This document shows positions 1 to 9,572 of a DNA stretch of 64,000 bases, in pieces (within the stretch, counting starts at the first letter, position 1; each line of letters opens with the position of its first letter). Below the pieces are notes generated by a model. That model was not told the origin of the DNA, searched no databases, and was given only the letters and a program-made list of their open reading frames with translations. This stretch comes from a virus. The stretch spans positions 4,018 to 68,017 of the IMG/VR virus record IMGVR_UViG_3300010376_000036; one strand, 5' to 3'. A program made the translations under genes and the position numbers.

Positions 1-726
1 CAGGACGGCGGCTTGGCGCAAGGGCTAGGGAATTTCTTTGGATCGCTCTTTGGCCAGGGAGCCACCCAACCAGCGCAGCAACCAACTGGAACAGCGCAAG
101 GAGCTACCCAACCGTCGCAACAACCAGCATTTCCACAAGGAGCTACCCAGCCAGCACAAGCGCCAGCGCCGCCACCAGCGCCGACTGGCCCTGCCTTTAC
201 GCCGATGCCTCAGGAAACAGGAGGTGCGATCAAGAATCCTGCTTACCTTAAAGGAGCCCTAGCTGGACACGAGCAGGATTACTTTAATGCGGCTCAAAAA
301 TACGGTGTTGATCCGTACCTGATGATGGCCATCAGTTCTTATGAAACCGGCTGGGGGACTTCGAATGCCGTCAAGAAATACAACAATCTCTCCGGGTCCA
401 TGACCGGCGCTCAGGGCAAACAGTTCATGAAGTTTGATAACCTCGGCCAGTCGATTGACCAGTTTGCGCAAAACCTGAGCAGTAACCTTTATCAAGGTAA
501 AGATCTGTCTGACATTTGGTATCACTATTCGCCCTTCTACATGAATCCGAACAAGCATGTCGCCAATGATCCGGACAATACCAACCGCCAATGGGGCGGG
601 ACCGTGTCTAATTTCTATCAGCGATTTGGAGGACAGAATCCGATGTATTTGTCCGGTAACCTTGATAAGAAGCGGGCCTCGCTGGACCAAGGAGGCGAAC
701 CGCTACCCTACGATGCATATGATTAG
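1..726 (+). CDS. Glucosaminidase/lysozyme-fold peptidoglycan hydrolase domain protein, probably virion-associated; likely 5'-truncated by the window
   Basis: AAQKYGVDPYLMMAISSYETGWG...KYNNLSG is a typical GH73/lysozyme-like motif. The frame is open from base 1. N-terminal QGATQP repeats. Confidence 0.75.
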   Translation, partial: QDGGLAQGLGNFFGSLFGQGATQPAQQPTGTAQGATQPSQQPAFPQGATQPAQAPAPPPAPTGPAFTPMPQETGGAIKNPAYLKGALAGHEQDYFNAAQKYGVDPYLMMAISSYETGWGTSNAVKKYNNLSGSMTGAQGKQFMKFDNLGQSIDQFAQNLSSNLYQGKDLSDIWYHYSPFYMNPNKHVANDPDNTNRQWGGTVSNFYQRFGGQNPMYLSGNLDKKRASLDQGGEPLPYDAYD

Positions 727-1403
727 TCATTTACTTCTGAACCTGTGTCATCGAACACGCAATGGAAGAACCCATTCGGACCCCAAATCCATAGACTGCG
801 GTCTTTATCTCGAAAGAAATCGCTTACAGTATTGCCCTTGAATGGCAATCCACCGACCTTATCCACATCCCCCTTGAAGCGTAGGATATAGTTTTCATCC
901 TTGTCTCTCAAACCGTGTGCATCAAGACAGTCGCGGATGAAACTCATGTAATAATGTCGCCCAGGCTCGGCAGGCTTGACTCCATTAGCCTCGCTGTCCT
1001 TAAACCCGAAAAGGACAAACGCATAATGATGCTCGTAATTGATCTGAGCTTCGGTCAGGAGAGCGTCTTGAGCTTCTCTTTGTTTCTTTTCCTCTTCAAA
1101 TTTGTCAATTACGCTACCGTGTCCCTTGTCATCGATCCGGATAGGGACTCCGCACGCAAACCCGATGGCAGCTTTATCGTGTTTGAAGTCATAGCCGGTA
1201 CGCCCAATAACCATACCGGGCGCATACTCGAAAGCGACCCGTTGAAGTTCCGCGCGTACCGCACGGCTGCCGGGATGTCCCGACTCGATTGTCATACGCA
1301 ACTTGTTAAGTCCTATGACGGTGACAGTGACCTCGAAATCATCAGCCAGTGCTGGCAGGAGGCTAAAGATGAGGAGTGCCAGTGTCAGCAGTATCCTTTT
1401 CAT
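723..1403 (-). CDS. Hypothetical exported protein
   Basis: 226 aa with a signal-peptide-like N-terminus (MKRILLTLALLIFSLLPALA). ATGA overlap with the upstream ORF. Confidence 0.7.
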   Translation of the reverse strand: MKRILLTLALLIFSLLPALADDFEVTVTVIGLNKLRMTIESGHPGSRAVRAELQRVAFEYAPGMVIGRTGYDFKHDKAAIGFACGVPIRIDDKGHGSVIDKFEEEKKQREAQDALLTEAQINYEHHYAFVLFGFKDSEANGVKPAEPGRHYYMSFIRDCLDAHGLRDKDENYILRFKGDVDKVGGLPFKGNTVSDFFRDKDRSLWIWGPNGFFHCVFDDTGSEVND

Positions 1404-1858
1404 TGGGCCTCTTCCGGACCCTCTTCTTCTGAGGGCGCTGGCTGACTCTTGGTCTCGCCTGTGGTCGGTACCGCTCCCGGCTTAGCCTGTGCCGCATAAG
1501 GCTTGGTGACACCAGCTGGGCCGCTGGGTGCCGGCGGTGCGTTGGGCGGCTTCATGCCCGCCTGGGCCTGGAGCGCTTGCTGGGCACCCTGCGTCGTCGC
1601 CTGCCGCTGCAGTGCGCCCGCTTGTTTCTGTTGCTGTTCCTGGAACTCAGAAGGACCCAGCTCGCCAGTTTGCGCGGCGTGCATCTTAGCCGCATTGGCT
1701 TCACGGGCATGCTGGAGCTTCTCCAGTTCTCGTTCGACCGCCTCGCTGAAATCGGTGCCGCCTAATTGCGCCGCGCCGTAACGTTTCATTTGTTCGATCT
1801 CCTCATCGGAGAACTGGTCAGCTGGACCTTGTGATTGCTGTTGTGTTTGCTTGGCCAT
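1400..1858 (-). CDS. Hypothetical Q/A/E-rich protein
   Basis: 152-aa ORF translationally coupled to the next gene. Confidence 0.65.
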   Translation of the reverse strand: MAKQTQQQSQGPADQFSDEEIEQMKRYGAAQLGGTDFSEAVERELEKLQHAREANAAKMHAAQTGELGPSEFQEQQQKQAGALQRQATTQGAQQALQAQAGMKPPNAPPAPSGPAGVTKPYAAQAKPGAVPTTGETKSQPAPSEEEGPEEAQ

Positions 1859-1997
1859 AACAATCTGATTGTATCATGGTTTGAAGTGCTGAAAAAAGAA
1901 CGACATCGCACCCAATATGATAGAGGTGGCAAAAAACTGGGTGCCGATGATCCACAGGATTAACTCAGTATTGTCTCCTTTCATGGGTCGATGTGTT

Positions 1998-2615
1998 TCA
2001 AGGGTCTATCCATTTTGGAGTATTAGAATCGAGGGGCACCGTCCAGATCCAGTTGAGTCCGGTCGCGCGATCCGTGTACATCGCGTTGTTGGCACCGCCT
2101 TTAAGTTGGCGCGGCAGGTTGACGGCATGATCCACCCAGCCCATGTAATTGACCAGCAGGTAGCGGCCATCGGGCATGGTGACATAGTACTGGTTGCCAC
2201 TCTTCATCGGTTGGCCGTTTGCGGAGAGAGGACCTTCGACCGGCTCAGCCCGTGGCACGATCAAGCGCTGAGCCCGAGGTGTGATCCGCAAAGGGGTCGA
2301 GGGCGGAGCAGCGATTGCCATGGGCGTCGGCGTCGGCTCTGGGGTAGCGGCCGCGAAACGGACAGCAGAGGGCTTCGGTGCAGAGAGTTGATGGTTGATC
2401 ACTGAGCCGAAGAAAGCGATCAAGATGGCTCCAGCGAGGGCCATCCCCCAGGGGTTAAGAGTCTCCTTTTGAGGCGAAGGCCCTCGAGGCGGCGGCGGTG
2501 GGCGCAGCGGGTGTTGAGCACGGTACTGGGCGTAGCGATCCTGCTGCTTTAAATCCTGCCAGCATCCTTCGGGCATCACGCGGTCAAAAGGGTCGCTATA
2601 CTTAGGCGTCGTCAT
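1998..2615 (-). CDS. Hypothetical single-pass membrane protein
   Basis: TM segment WGMALAGAILIAFFGSVI followed by a Pro/Thr linker. Confidence 0.65.
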   Translation of the reverse strand: MTTPKYSDPFDRVMPEGCWQDLKQQDRYAQYRAQHPLRPPPPPRGPSPQKETLNPWGMALAGAILIAFFGSVINHQLSAPKPSAVRFAAATPEPTPTPMAIAAPPSTPLRITPRAQRLIVPRAEPVEGPLSANGQPMKSGNQYYVTMPDGRYLLVNYMGWVDHAVNLPRQLKGGANNAMYTDRATGLNWIWTVPLDSNTPKWIDP

Positions 2616-2624
2616 AGAATGTCG

Positions 2625-2816
2625 TTAGTTTTCTTTGCCCTCTAGAAAGGCTGCGAGCTGCTGCAGGATCTCTTTCGAGAGACTGATCTCGGCAGTTTTG
2701 CTGCCATCGGAGAGTTCAAAACTAACCCAGGGTTGACTGGTCAGATTAGGATAAAGGATCCTAAAAGAGGTTGGTTCTACGGTTGGGAATTGATAGACTT
2801 GATGCGCTGGTACCAT
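2625..2816 (-). CDS. Hypothetical protein
   Basis: 63-aa ORF in tandem with its neighbours. Confidence 0.5.
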   Translation of the reverse strand: MVPAHQVYQFPTVEPTSFRILYPNLTSQPWVSFELSDGSKTAEISLSKEILQQLAAFLEGKEN

Positions 2817-3080
2817 GAATAGAATATCGCTTAGCGTTGCGCATCACGCAAGCAGATTAAAAAGCTTGACCTGATCTCTGCGGGGTGCCATCGTGGCACT
2901 GGCCGAAAGGCAATGTTCATATACTTGTTTGGCGAGGTCATTGTTTGCATAGTGGAAATCCCCCGTGCGCGGAAACGGAAGCTCCGGCACGGGGGGTTCT
3001 CTTTTCCCGGGGACCCTATTTTCGCGGGGGGCAAAAAATGAGGAATCCTAGCGTTGCGCACGTTCTGCCTTCCTCCGAGG

Positions 3081-3296
3081 CTATTCGATTGCGGGTCCGT
3101 TCTTGGTCGATACGCGATCAATCGCGGTATAGGGAATCAAGGAGATGTATCCCTCTTGGTCAACGTAAGCGCACACGGTGCGTCCTGCGCTCAAGCGCTC
3201 AACGTTTGTCACTGCTTGAGCTTCACCGTCTCGTGTGAAAATCACAAACGGCTTGAAAGGCAGAGCCCGCAATAAGCGTGTCAGTTCCTGTTGCAT
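3081..3296 (-). CDS. Small PF(K/R)PF-family protein, paralog 1
   Basis: LLRALPFKPFVIFTRDG...IDRV. AGGGAGG SD-like sequence upstream. Confidence 0.7.
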   Translation of the reverse strand: MQQELTRLLRALPFKPFVIFTRDGEAQAVTNVERLSAGRTVCAYVDQEGYISLIPYTAIDRVSTKNGPAIE

Positions 3297-3315
3297 TCTT
3301 TGGCGGCCCCTCCCT

Positions 3316-3537
3316 TTAGGTCGCTTCGATTAGCCGCAGGATCGCGCTGGCCTCGAATTCGTGCATCAACCCATTCTCGCTGAAGGCAATCACCAGCTCC
3401 GGTCGTTTCTTGGGAAAGAGCATTTCACTGTCGGCACCGACCAGAATCTGGCTGCCGCTTTGCAATTCGATGATAAAAGGCCGGAACGGTTCCCGTCTCA
3501 TTTTGGCTTTCAGTAGATCAATACGGTTATCACTCAT
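3316..3537 (-). CDS. Small PF(K/R)PF-family protein, paralog 2
   Basis: MRREPFRPFIIELQSG...ILRL. Start placed at MSDNRID by similarity to the paralogs. Confidence 0.7.
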   Translation of the reverse strand: MSDNRIDLLKAKMRREPFRPFIIELQSGSQILVGADSEMLFPKKRPELVIAFSENGLMHEFEASAILRLIEAT

Positions 3538-3630
3538 AAGGCAGATGTTTGCATGATTCTCCGTAAGCAACCTCTCGATCACGATGAAACTTATCCTCCG
3601 CGAATGTGACAACTGTTTTGCCGGTCTTTT

Positions 3631-4233
3631 TCATTTTTGGCCTCGATAATCGAATGGATTCGGGTCGCCATTCCAACCCAGGTCTCCGAACGACTTGAAG
3701 TTTCCCGGCGCCAAATTTTGCACTTGTGTTTTGATGGCTTTCCTGGCGATTTTCTTGCCGATCAACTTGGCTTTGATTCCCAACGCTTTGCGATCAGCAT
3801 GATGTTTCCAAGAACAACCCGATGTCTTGCCATGAAATTCATTCATGACATGCCAGAGAAGATCATCTTTACTATGAGCGAATCGAATTCCCCAGCGGCC
3901 GCCATTTTTTCCTGTCTTCATCGGGACACACCACTGGCATTCTTTTTCATTTTGCGGCGGAACTTGCCGAAAACTGTGCTCACGCTTCTCTGGCGGATAA
4001 TACCAACCCCAGCCTACGCAATGAGTTAACTCGAACCCGTGATCATAGCGCAGAATCGTTAATAGAGTCCGCAAATCATCTTTGATCGGTTGCGCCCGAA
4101 GTGTGGCTATAATCTTTGCGCCAAAATAGATTTGGGCAATTTCGAAGTACGATGGGTCAAGGATGCCTTTGTTCCGAAAATCCAGAATGATTGTTATCCA
4201 ATCCAGTATGTGTTGAGGACGGGTACGTGACAT
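3631..4233 (-). CDS. Hypothetical protein
   Basis: 200-aa ORF directly downstream of the ParB-like gene. Confidence 0.6.
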   Translation of the reverse strand: MSRTRPQHILDWITIILDFRNKGILDPSYFEIAQIYFGAKIIATLRAQPIKDDLRTLLTILRYDHGFELTHCVGWGWYYPPEKREHSFRQVPPQNEKECQWCVPMKTGKNGGRWGIRFAHSKDDLLWHVMNEFHGKTSGCSWKHHADRKALGIKAKLIGKKIARKAIKTQVQNLAPGNFKSFGDLGWNGDPNPFDYRGQK

Positions 4234-4239
4234 AAACTA

Positions 4240-5463
4240 TCAATTCCGTAGTAGAAGCTTCCCATCCTTGGCTTCCTTTTCCTTTCGCTTGCTGGGCTCG
4301 AATTCCTTCGCCCAGCTCTCCATCCGGTCACGAACGTCTCGGATGGTACGCTGCGCATTGCGAAGAACGTCTTCGTCAAGAGAGGCCTTGAATTTGAGGA
4401 TTTCCTTTAATTTGCCAGGAAGTTCATCCTTCAGACAAAAGTCCCACATCTTGCTCAAGACTGCGCTTAAAGCCTTCTCGATATCTGGTTCTCCTTGACG
4501 CTGATGAAGAGGTGCCGCCTTGATTGCCACATCGCGTGCCGTCTTGGTGCCGCCCCCGGATCGAATATGAGCGCTTACAGCTTTGGTAACTTTGCTCGCG
4601 ACTTTCTGACCCTCTTTATGGAGCCGCTTCGCTTCGGCCCGTTGATACGCTTCGGCGCGCTCTGCTTCTTCGCGCTCTGCTCTCTTTTGTTTGGCCCGTT
4701 CAGCGTCTTTGCGAGCTTGGGCGCGTTCTTCTTCCTTCTTCGCTTCTTCAGCTTCTTTGCGCCTTGCTTCTGCGAGCCGTTCGGCTTCCTTCGCGCGAGA
4801 CTCTTTATAGGAGCGAGCTAACCGAGCTTCTCTGATGACGGCAAGAATGCCGCCACTGGTCATATCGGCGAAATTCGCCAATTCGACTAGTCCTTCCTCC
4901 ATGTACTGAAGGGCTGTCAGTGCTATCTGGACTTTGTCAGCAGCCTGTTTGTTTTTCCCATAAGTCCAGCCTAAAAAATCAGCTACCGTTTGGGCGTTAT
5001 AGGACCTTACAGATTTATCGGGAGGCTCATTGCCTAGGATAAACGATGGAGCATAGCGAAGCTCAGAAACACTGCAGCTTTTGTGCGGCGAAGCTAACAT
5101 GATTTTGCCTGCCGCAAACGCCTTGACGACAGCCTCAATTGTCTCGATTTCGACAATGGCGCTGGTACCCCATTGCTCCATATTCTCCGAAGCCATAATC
5201 TGGATCATCTCGGCATCGGAAAGCTTCTTCACGATTACTTCTACCTTGTGGTCTTCGCCGTAATGCTCCTTGAGCGCTACCCAGCGGTGATGGCCATAAG
5301 CCTGCTCAAATTCGCCTTTCTCATTGAGGCGGCCCAGGATGTTATCCCAGTATTCGGTCTTCTCATAGGAAGCTACCAGGGTGTCGATTTTAGGCCGCAG
5401 AATCGGATAAACGTCTATATTCCGATACGGGTTCGGTCTGATATCTTTGATTTGAATTAACAT
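4240..5463 (-). CDS. ParB/Srx-like N-terminal domain protein with coiled coil
   Basis: IKDIRPNPYRN...YGHHRWVALKE...ASEN, a ParB-N type motif. Confidence 0.75.
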   Translation of the reverse strand: MLIQIKDIRPNPYRNIDVYPILRPKIDTLVASYEKTEYWDNILGRLNEKGEFEQAYGHHRWVALKEHYGEDHKVEVIVKKLSDAEMIQIMASENMEQWGTSAIVEIETIEAVVKAFAAGKIMLASPHKSCSVSELRYAPSFILGNEPPDKSVRSYNAQTVADFLGWTYGKNKQAADKVQIALTALQYMEEGLVELANFADMTSGGILAVIREARLARSYKESRAKEAERLAEARRKEAEEAKKEEERAQARKDAERAKQKRAEREEAERAEAYQRAEAKRLHKEGQKVASKVTKAVSAHIRSGGGTKTARDVAIKAAPLHQRQGEPDIEKALSAVLSKMWDFCLKDELPGKLKEILKFKASLDEDVLRNAQRTIRDVRDRMESWAKEFEPSKRKEKEAKDGKLLLRN

Positions 5464-5467
5464 AGTT

Positions 5468-5662
5468 TTAGGATACTTTTTCTTCGCCTAAGGCAGCCAA
5501 GAAAAGGCTTCTGATGTAGTGGTCGCGTTTCATTCCGGCGCGGATGGCACGAACCCGGAGTTCATCGCGCATCCACTTCGGAATAGTCAGGTACACTTCC
5601 ACGAGGTCATCGACCTCATGAACAGATCCGACGTGACTATTGTTAGTGCGCAGTTTAGACAT
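5468..5662 (-). CDS. Ribbon-helix-helix-like DNA-binding protein (start uncertain, up to 5782)
   Basis: VYLTIPKWMRDELRVRAIRAGMKRDHYIRSL fits the RHH pattern. Confidence 0.55.
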   Translation of the reverse strand: MSKLRTNNSHVGSVHEVDDLVEVYLTIPKWMRDELRVRAIRAGMKRDHYIRSLFLAALGEEKVS

Positions 5663-5971
5663 ATTTGTTTGTTCTCCTTGTCTTCTTAAGGCTTGGTTGA
5701 TGACGTGGACCCTGTTTGGCTTTAGGTGGATGTTCAAGCTCGCCCCACGGATGAGTGAAGAGAGAATAGATTTTCGAGCCACTCGGAATGCGATTTCTCG
5801 GTTTCATATCCATTTCTCATCGGATACCGTTGCGCATACTTTAACACAAAATAGGAACAATGGTAGAAAAAGGAGAAATGGGGGGCAATTGAAAGACAGG
5901 CCGCGCGCTTGGGTATTCCGAAGGGGCAATACATCGAGCGGCTGGTGTTAGCCGCAAACTGACCCACGGGG

Positions 5972-6646
5972 TCAGGTAACCTTCACGACAACCGCCCGTT
6001 CATGGCAGACGTGGTGAATCAGATCGGGATCAAATTCAGCTTTGTCGATGGTCAGAAACGTCCATTTCTGGGTTTGGACCCGGTACCGGACCACTTCCTG
6101 AATCAGGGCTTTGGTGCGGCTCGGTGGCAGTTCGGTCAGATCATCAAGAAAAACGAACTGGCTCATCTTGACCTTGGTGATGCGGCTCTGATCGTACTCT
6201 GTCGCGAGATCCGAAAAGAGGAAATATTCGACCCAGCGCGATTGGCGGCGTTGTTCAGCCCAGACTTCGAAAAACTGGCGGACGATCTGCCACATCAACC
6301 GGGACTTGCCTTTTCCCGGATCGCCCAACAGCGCCAGGGTTTTGTATTTGCTATCGGGATCAAAAGCTTGGGCGGCCGCAAAAGCCTGCTTATCCGGGAA
6401 CTTCTCAGTGTCCCACTCCTTGAATCGTTCCGGGATAGCGACCTGTTCGGTTTTCTGGCCGTGCAGCTCTCTTTCGTATCTGTCACAGCAGCCTTCATGC
6501 ACGGTGCCGTGCATCCGTTTGCCCATCACCATCCAGTAGCGGGCTCGGATGGGCTGGTGACAGAGCAGGCATTTTCCTTCCCACCATTCGTTCGTGGGCC
6601 CGTTCTCCGGGAGCTCGTCATCATCGAAATTGATTTCGATGGTCAT
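5972..6646 (-). CDS. DnaC/IstB-like AAA+ ATPase (helicase loader)
   Basis: Walker A GDPGKGKS, Walker B FVFLDDL, N-terminal Cys/His motif and IPERF. Confidence 0.8.
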   Translation of the reverse strand: MTIEINFDDDELPENGPTNEWWEGKCLLCHQPIRARYWMVMGKRMHGTVHEGCCDRYERELHGQKTEQVAIPERFKEWDTEKFPDKQAFAAAQAFDPDSKYKTLALLGDPGKGKSRLMWQIVRQFFEVWAEQRRQSRWVEYFLFSDLATEYDQSRITKVKMSQFVFLDDLTELPPSRTKALIQEVVRYRVQTQKWTFLTIDKAEFDPDLIHHVCHERAVVVKVT

Positions 6647-6934
6647 CTAGTATTTGCTCCAGTCAGTTCGTGAGGTGCGATCCTTGAGTCCCTTTTTCTG
6701 GGATGGGAACCATTGCTCCCGTTTCCAGATGCGTAAGACCGCTTTCCAGTCTTGTACCTTGTGGCGCCCGGTTCGAAACCCGTTGGCGAGCCAGTGGTCG
6801 ATTACACTGTCCGCGTCCTCTTGGGAGAGTCCCATCCGCGCGACCTCGGTCCGAATCAGATCGAAGGGCGGCATGCCGGCTCTGTTCAACATGATTTCCG
6901 GAATGGCTTGTTGTCCGTCGTTCTTGTTGTTCAT
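6647..6934 (-). CDS. Replication initiator C-terminal-like protein
   Basis: DHWLANGFRTGRHKVQDWKAVLRIW resembles phage replication-protein C-termini. Adjacent to the DnaC-like gene. Confidence 0.6.
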   Translation of the reverse strand: MNNKNDGQQAIPEIMLNRAGMPPFDLIRTEVARMGLSQEDADSVIDHWLANGFRTGRHKVQDWKAVLRIWKREQWFPSQKKGLKDRTSRTDWSKY

Positions 6935-7365
6935 GGTTTGATCTCTTCAAGCTCCTTTTCGACATCGGCTTGTATTACCTCACGCCCCGCTTCAATGTCA
7001 TTGACGATTGAGTCGATCAGCCAGCGTAACCGCCGATTGGCCGCGTGCGCTTCATTGAGCAGAGTTTCCACGCGTTCCAGTTCAGTGAGCGCAGCATCGA
7101 GCTTCTGTTGCGGACTCAAGCCGCCCCCGACCTGTAGGCCTAAATCAAGACCGAACTTTGCCAGTTCAGTTTTGACCTCGGCTAAGCATTTTTTGCCAAA
7201 ATTGCGGTACTTGAGTAGTTCGTGATCTTTCTTGACGATCAATTGGCCGATTGTGTGGATGTCGGCCCTGGAGAGGCAGGTGTGCGTACGGCTGGAGAGG
7301 GTAAGCTCGTAAACGCTCATGTTTAGGAGCTTATCGACTCGGTTACTTTGTTCAGGGGGTGTCAT
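6931..7365 (-). CDS. Stand-alone RNA polymerase alpha-subunit CTD domain protein
   Basis: SVYELTLSSRTHTCLSRADIHTIGQLIVKKDHELLKYRNFGKKCLAEVKTELAKFGLDLG closely follows the RpoA CTD. Confidence 0.9.
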   Translation of the reverse strand: MTPPEQSNRVDKLLNMSVYELTLSSRTHTCLSRADIHTIGQLIVKKDHELLKYRNFGKKCLAEVKTELAKFGLDLGLQVGGGLSPQQKLDAALTELERVETLLNEAHAANRRLRWLIDSIVNDIEAGREVIQADVEKELEEIKP

Positions 7366-7377
7366 GCTGGTTCGCCT

Positions 7378-7785
7378 TTATTGGCTGGAGTAATACCGGG
7401 CCAGTTCCTCGCGTACGACCTTGAAGAGCTCTGTTCCTTGTTGGAGGAAAGCTGGATCGTTTCTTCGTTGTTCAATTCGTTCCTTGGTGCGCCCATAGGC
7501 TGCTTCCCAGTCTTTGACCTCGTAGGAAGGAAATGCGGCCGGGTCAAGGACGTGCCGACGCGCGTATTTGATCGCTTTACGGGTGTTGCCCTTGAAATGG
7601 TTGATCAACCGATACATGCCCAGTTCCTGGAGTTCGGTCCGATACCGTTCGATGTCCTCCTGGGAAGGTTCTTGCGCAGCTATCGTAGGGTCTTCGGCAT
7701 CCAGCGTTTCCATTCGAGCCAGGATTCGTTTGCGGACTTCCGGCGGTAACGCCATCCAAGGCGGTAGATCAGTGTTGTCGGTCAT
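7378..7785 (-). CDS. Hypothetical protein
   Basis: Helical ORF; start uncertain (7785-7860). Confidence 0.55.
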   Translation of the reverse strand: MTDNTDLPPWMALPPEVRKRILARMETLDAEDPTIAAQEPSQEDIERYRTELQELGMYRLINHFKGNTRKAIKYARRHVLDPAAFPSYEVKDWEAAYGRTKERIEQRRNDPAFLQQGTELFKVVREELARYYSSQ

Positions 7786-7996
7786 GGTTTTTCCCATTGT
7801 AATCTCTCCATCGTCGTTCAAGCTCTTTTTTCCATCCTCTCGGAGGAGGCCAGGAAACACCCCATCTAGCCAGAGTTGCTACAGTGCATCCTCCATCTGG
7901 AGTTTGGGCAGCATGGATCTCTTCCGGAGAAGGCAAAATCGTTGAGGGGCCAAACATATCAGGATGATTAACAGGGTTACGTGTGATTCTCTTCAT
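7769..7996 (-). CDS. Conserved small phage protein
   Basis: TPDGGCTVATLARWGVSWPPPRGWKKEL, a motif I recognise from small phage proteins. Confidence 0.6.
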   Translation of the reverse strand: MKRITRNPVNHPDMFGPSTILPSPEEIHAAQTPDGGCTVATLARWGVSWPPPRGWKKELERRWRDYNGKNHDRQH

Positions 7997-8382
7997 TAGT
8001 AAATATCAGTAGGGGGATGGAGAAGAATGGCGCTCCTCGCCTTCCCAGGCTCGTCGCCGCCAACTAGGGGCCTGTCGGCCCTGAGTTCCCAAAAGGCCTC
8101 CTAAAAAGGTTCCATTAAGATCCCTTAATCCTTAATAGTCCTTAACCTTCTCAGAAGTGGCTTTTTGGAAAATCAAGACCGCCGCCGGCCCCGAGGCCTC
8201 TTTGACAATTGCCACAGTCGCTGAGTGCACCGATAACCTAAACAAAAAGAGACTGGGGAGTCAAGCCGCGCGTGTATGAAATTTGGCAATTCCACGCAAC
8301 TTGTATAGGCATCCCCAGCCTCTCTGATGAAAGGAGGTAAAGACCCTCAGACTGTCGAGCGTAGCTTTTGAGCGAGTACTGG

Positions 8383-8550
8383 TCAATCGATTTTGAAGGT
8401 TCTGCGCTGGTCGTCCCAGATCTCTTTGCATTCCAGGGAGCAAAACAGCCAAAGTTTGCCCTCAAACTTTAGCGGTTCCCAAAAGTTTGTGCCGCATTGT
8501 TTACAGATTCGTTGGAGCTGATGGGATTCCGGGTTTTCCTTGTTGTTCAT
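8383..8550 (-). CDS. 55-aa Zn-finger protein (below the ORF-track cutoff)
   Basis: MNNKENPESHQLQRICKQCGTNFWEPLKFEGKLWLFCSLECKEIWDD... ATGA overlap with the VRR-NUC stop. Confidence 0.6.
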   Translation of the reverse strand: MNNKENPESHQLQRICKQCGTNFWEPLKFEGKLWLFCSLECKEIWDDQRRTFKID

Positions 8551-8999
8551 GCGAGCCGGTCGAACTCTTCGACGAGCTTGATCGCTTCGCCGGCCGAGTA
8601 AACGACTTTGAAAATCAACTGTTGGGCGAGACAGTTCTCGCAGAACTCCTGTTGATCGGGGCTGAGCTGGCAGCTGTAATCGCGTTTAAATTCGATGAAG
8701 AGGACTTTCCCGGCGATCCCAACAATGAAATCCGGGGTACCCGGACTAGCCTTGGATCGGTGCGCGGTCGAGTGCCAGACAAAAGGAATCTTGCGCCCCT
8801 GGCTGTTCCAGAGGAGCAACTGGTTGGCAAAGGAGCGTTGCTCGTCTCGCTCCAGCTTGTCGGTCTTGGGCGGAGGGACCACCGGATTCATTTCCGGGTG
8901 CCGGCTATAGAACTCTTCAGTGAGCGAGCCGAATTTGGCCTGATCTTCAGGGCTCATGAGTCGAATCAGGTGCGGGGAGCTTTCGAGGTGGATTGCCAC
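8547..8999 (-). CDS. VRR-NUC domain nuclease
   Basis: GTPDFIVGIAGKVLFIEFKR...LSPDQQEF, a PD-(D/E)xK motif. Confidence 0.85.
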   Translation of the reverse strand: MAIHLESSPHLIRLMSPEDQAKFGSLTEEFYSRHPEMNPVVPPPKTDKLERDEQRSFANQLLLWNSQGRKIPFVWHSTAHRSKASPGTPDFIVGIAGKVLFIEFKRDYSCQLSPDQQEFCENCLAQQLIFKVVYSAGEAIKLVEEFDRLA

Positions 9000-9333
9000 G
9001 TGGAAGCTGTACGCGACCTTTGCGTATGGCGCTACCCAACTTTGCTACGTCGCGATCCCATTCCTCCGGGAAGGGTTCCACTGAGATGTCCAGCGGCGCG
9101 CCTTTGCGCCTGCGGCGTGATTTTGGTTCCGGGATAACCACGGCTTGGGTGGGCAAGCTTTCGATGATTTGGTGGATTCGGTGCGACAGAATCTCGTACG
9201 CTTCCAGCTGGCGTTGGAACGCGAGCTTGGCCTCGGTATGGGTGACATGGAGCGTGGTTAGCAGGCGCCCGAGCAACAAACGGGTGTCTTTAACCTGAGT
9301 GATGCGCTGATCGATTTTGCGGGGCGTTTTCAT
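8947..9333 (-). CDS. Hypothetical protein
   Basis: 128-aa ORF in the operon. Confidence 0.5.
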   Translation of the reverse strand: MKTPRKIDQRITQVKDTRLLLGRLLTTLHVTHTEAKLAFQRQLEAYEILSHRIHQIIESLPTQAVVIPEPKSRRRRKGAPLDISVEPFPEEWDRDVAKLGSAIRKGRVQLPRGNPPRKLPAPDSTHEP

Positions 9334-9572
9334 TCACGGATCTTCCATAGTTTGCGCAGCGCGATGATACGACTGCGCCATTCGCTCTGGGGATAGGTGC
9401 ATTGGATGCGATAGATGGCAAACGCGAAATCGCTGTGGGGCGGCCAGTCCGGGGAGAGCCAGACCGGATGCTCCAGATCATGTTTGGAGAGGTCCAGCGG
9501 TGGATCCGGAAAGGAGAGAGGACCATGGCCACCCCACGGTGCGGAGTCGAATCCCGATCTAGGAAAAAGCAT
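9330..9572 (-). CDS. Hypothetical protein
   Basis: 80-aa ORF overlapping both neighbours. Confidence 0.45.
   Translation of the reverse strand: MLFPRSGFDSAPWGGHGPLSFPDPPLDLSKHDLEHPVWLSPDWPPHSDFAFAIYRIQCTYPQSEWRSRIIALRKLWKIRE

Noticed and set aside
5826-5855. dif/Xer site (GTTGCGCATA resembles a XerC arm)
   Set aside because: No TTATGTTAAAT-like XerD arm at 6-bp spacing in this or the other copies.
8324-8380. Hammerhead ribozyme (CTGATGA core)
   Set aside because: No correctly placed stem II followed by GAAA and a cleavage triplet.
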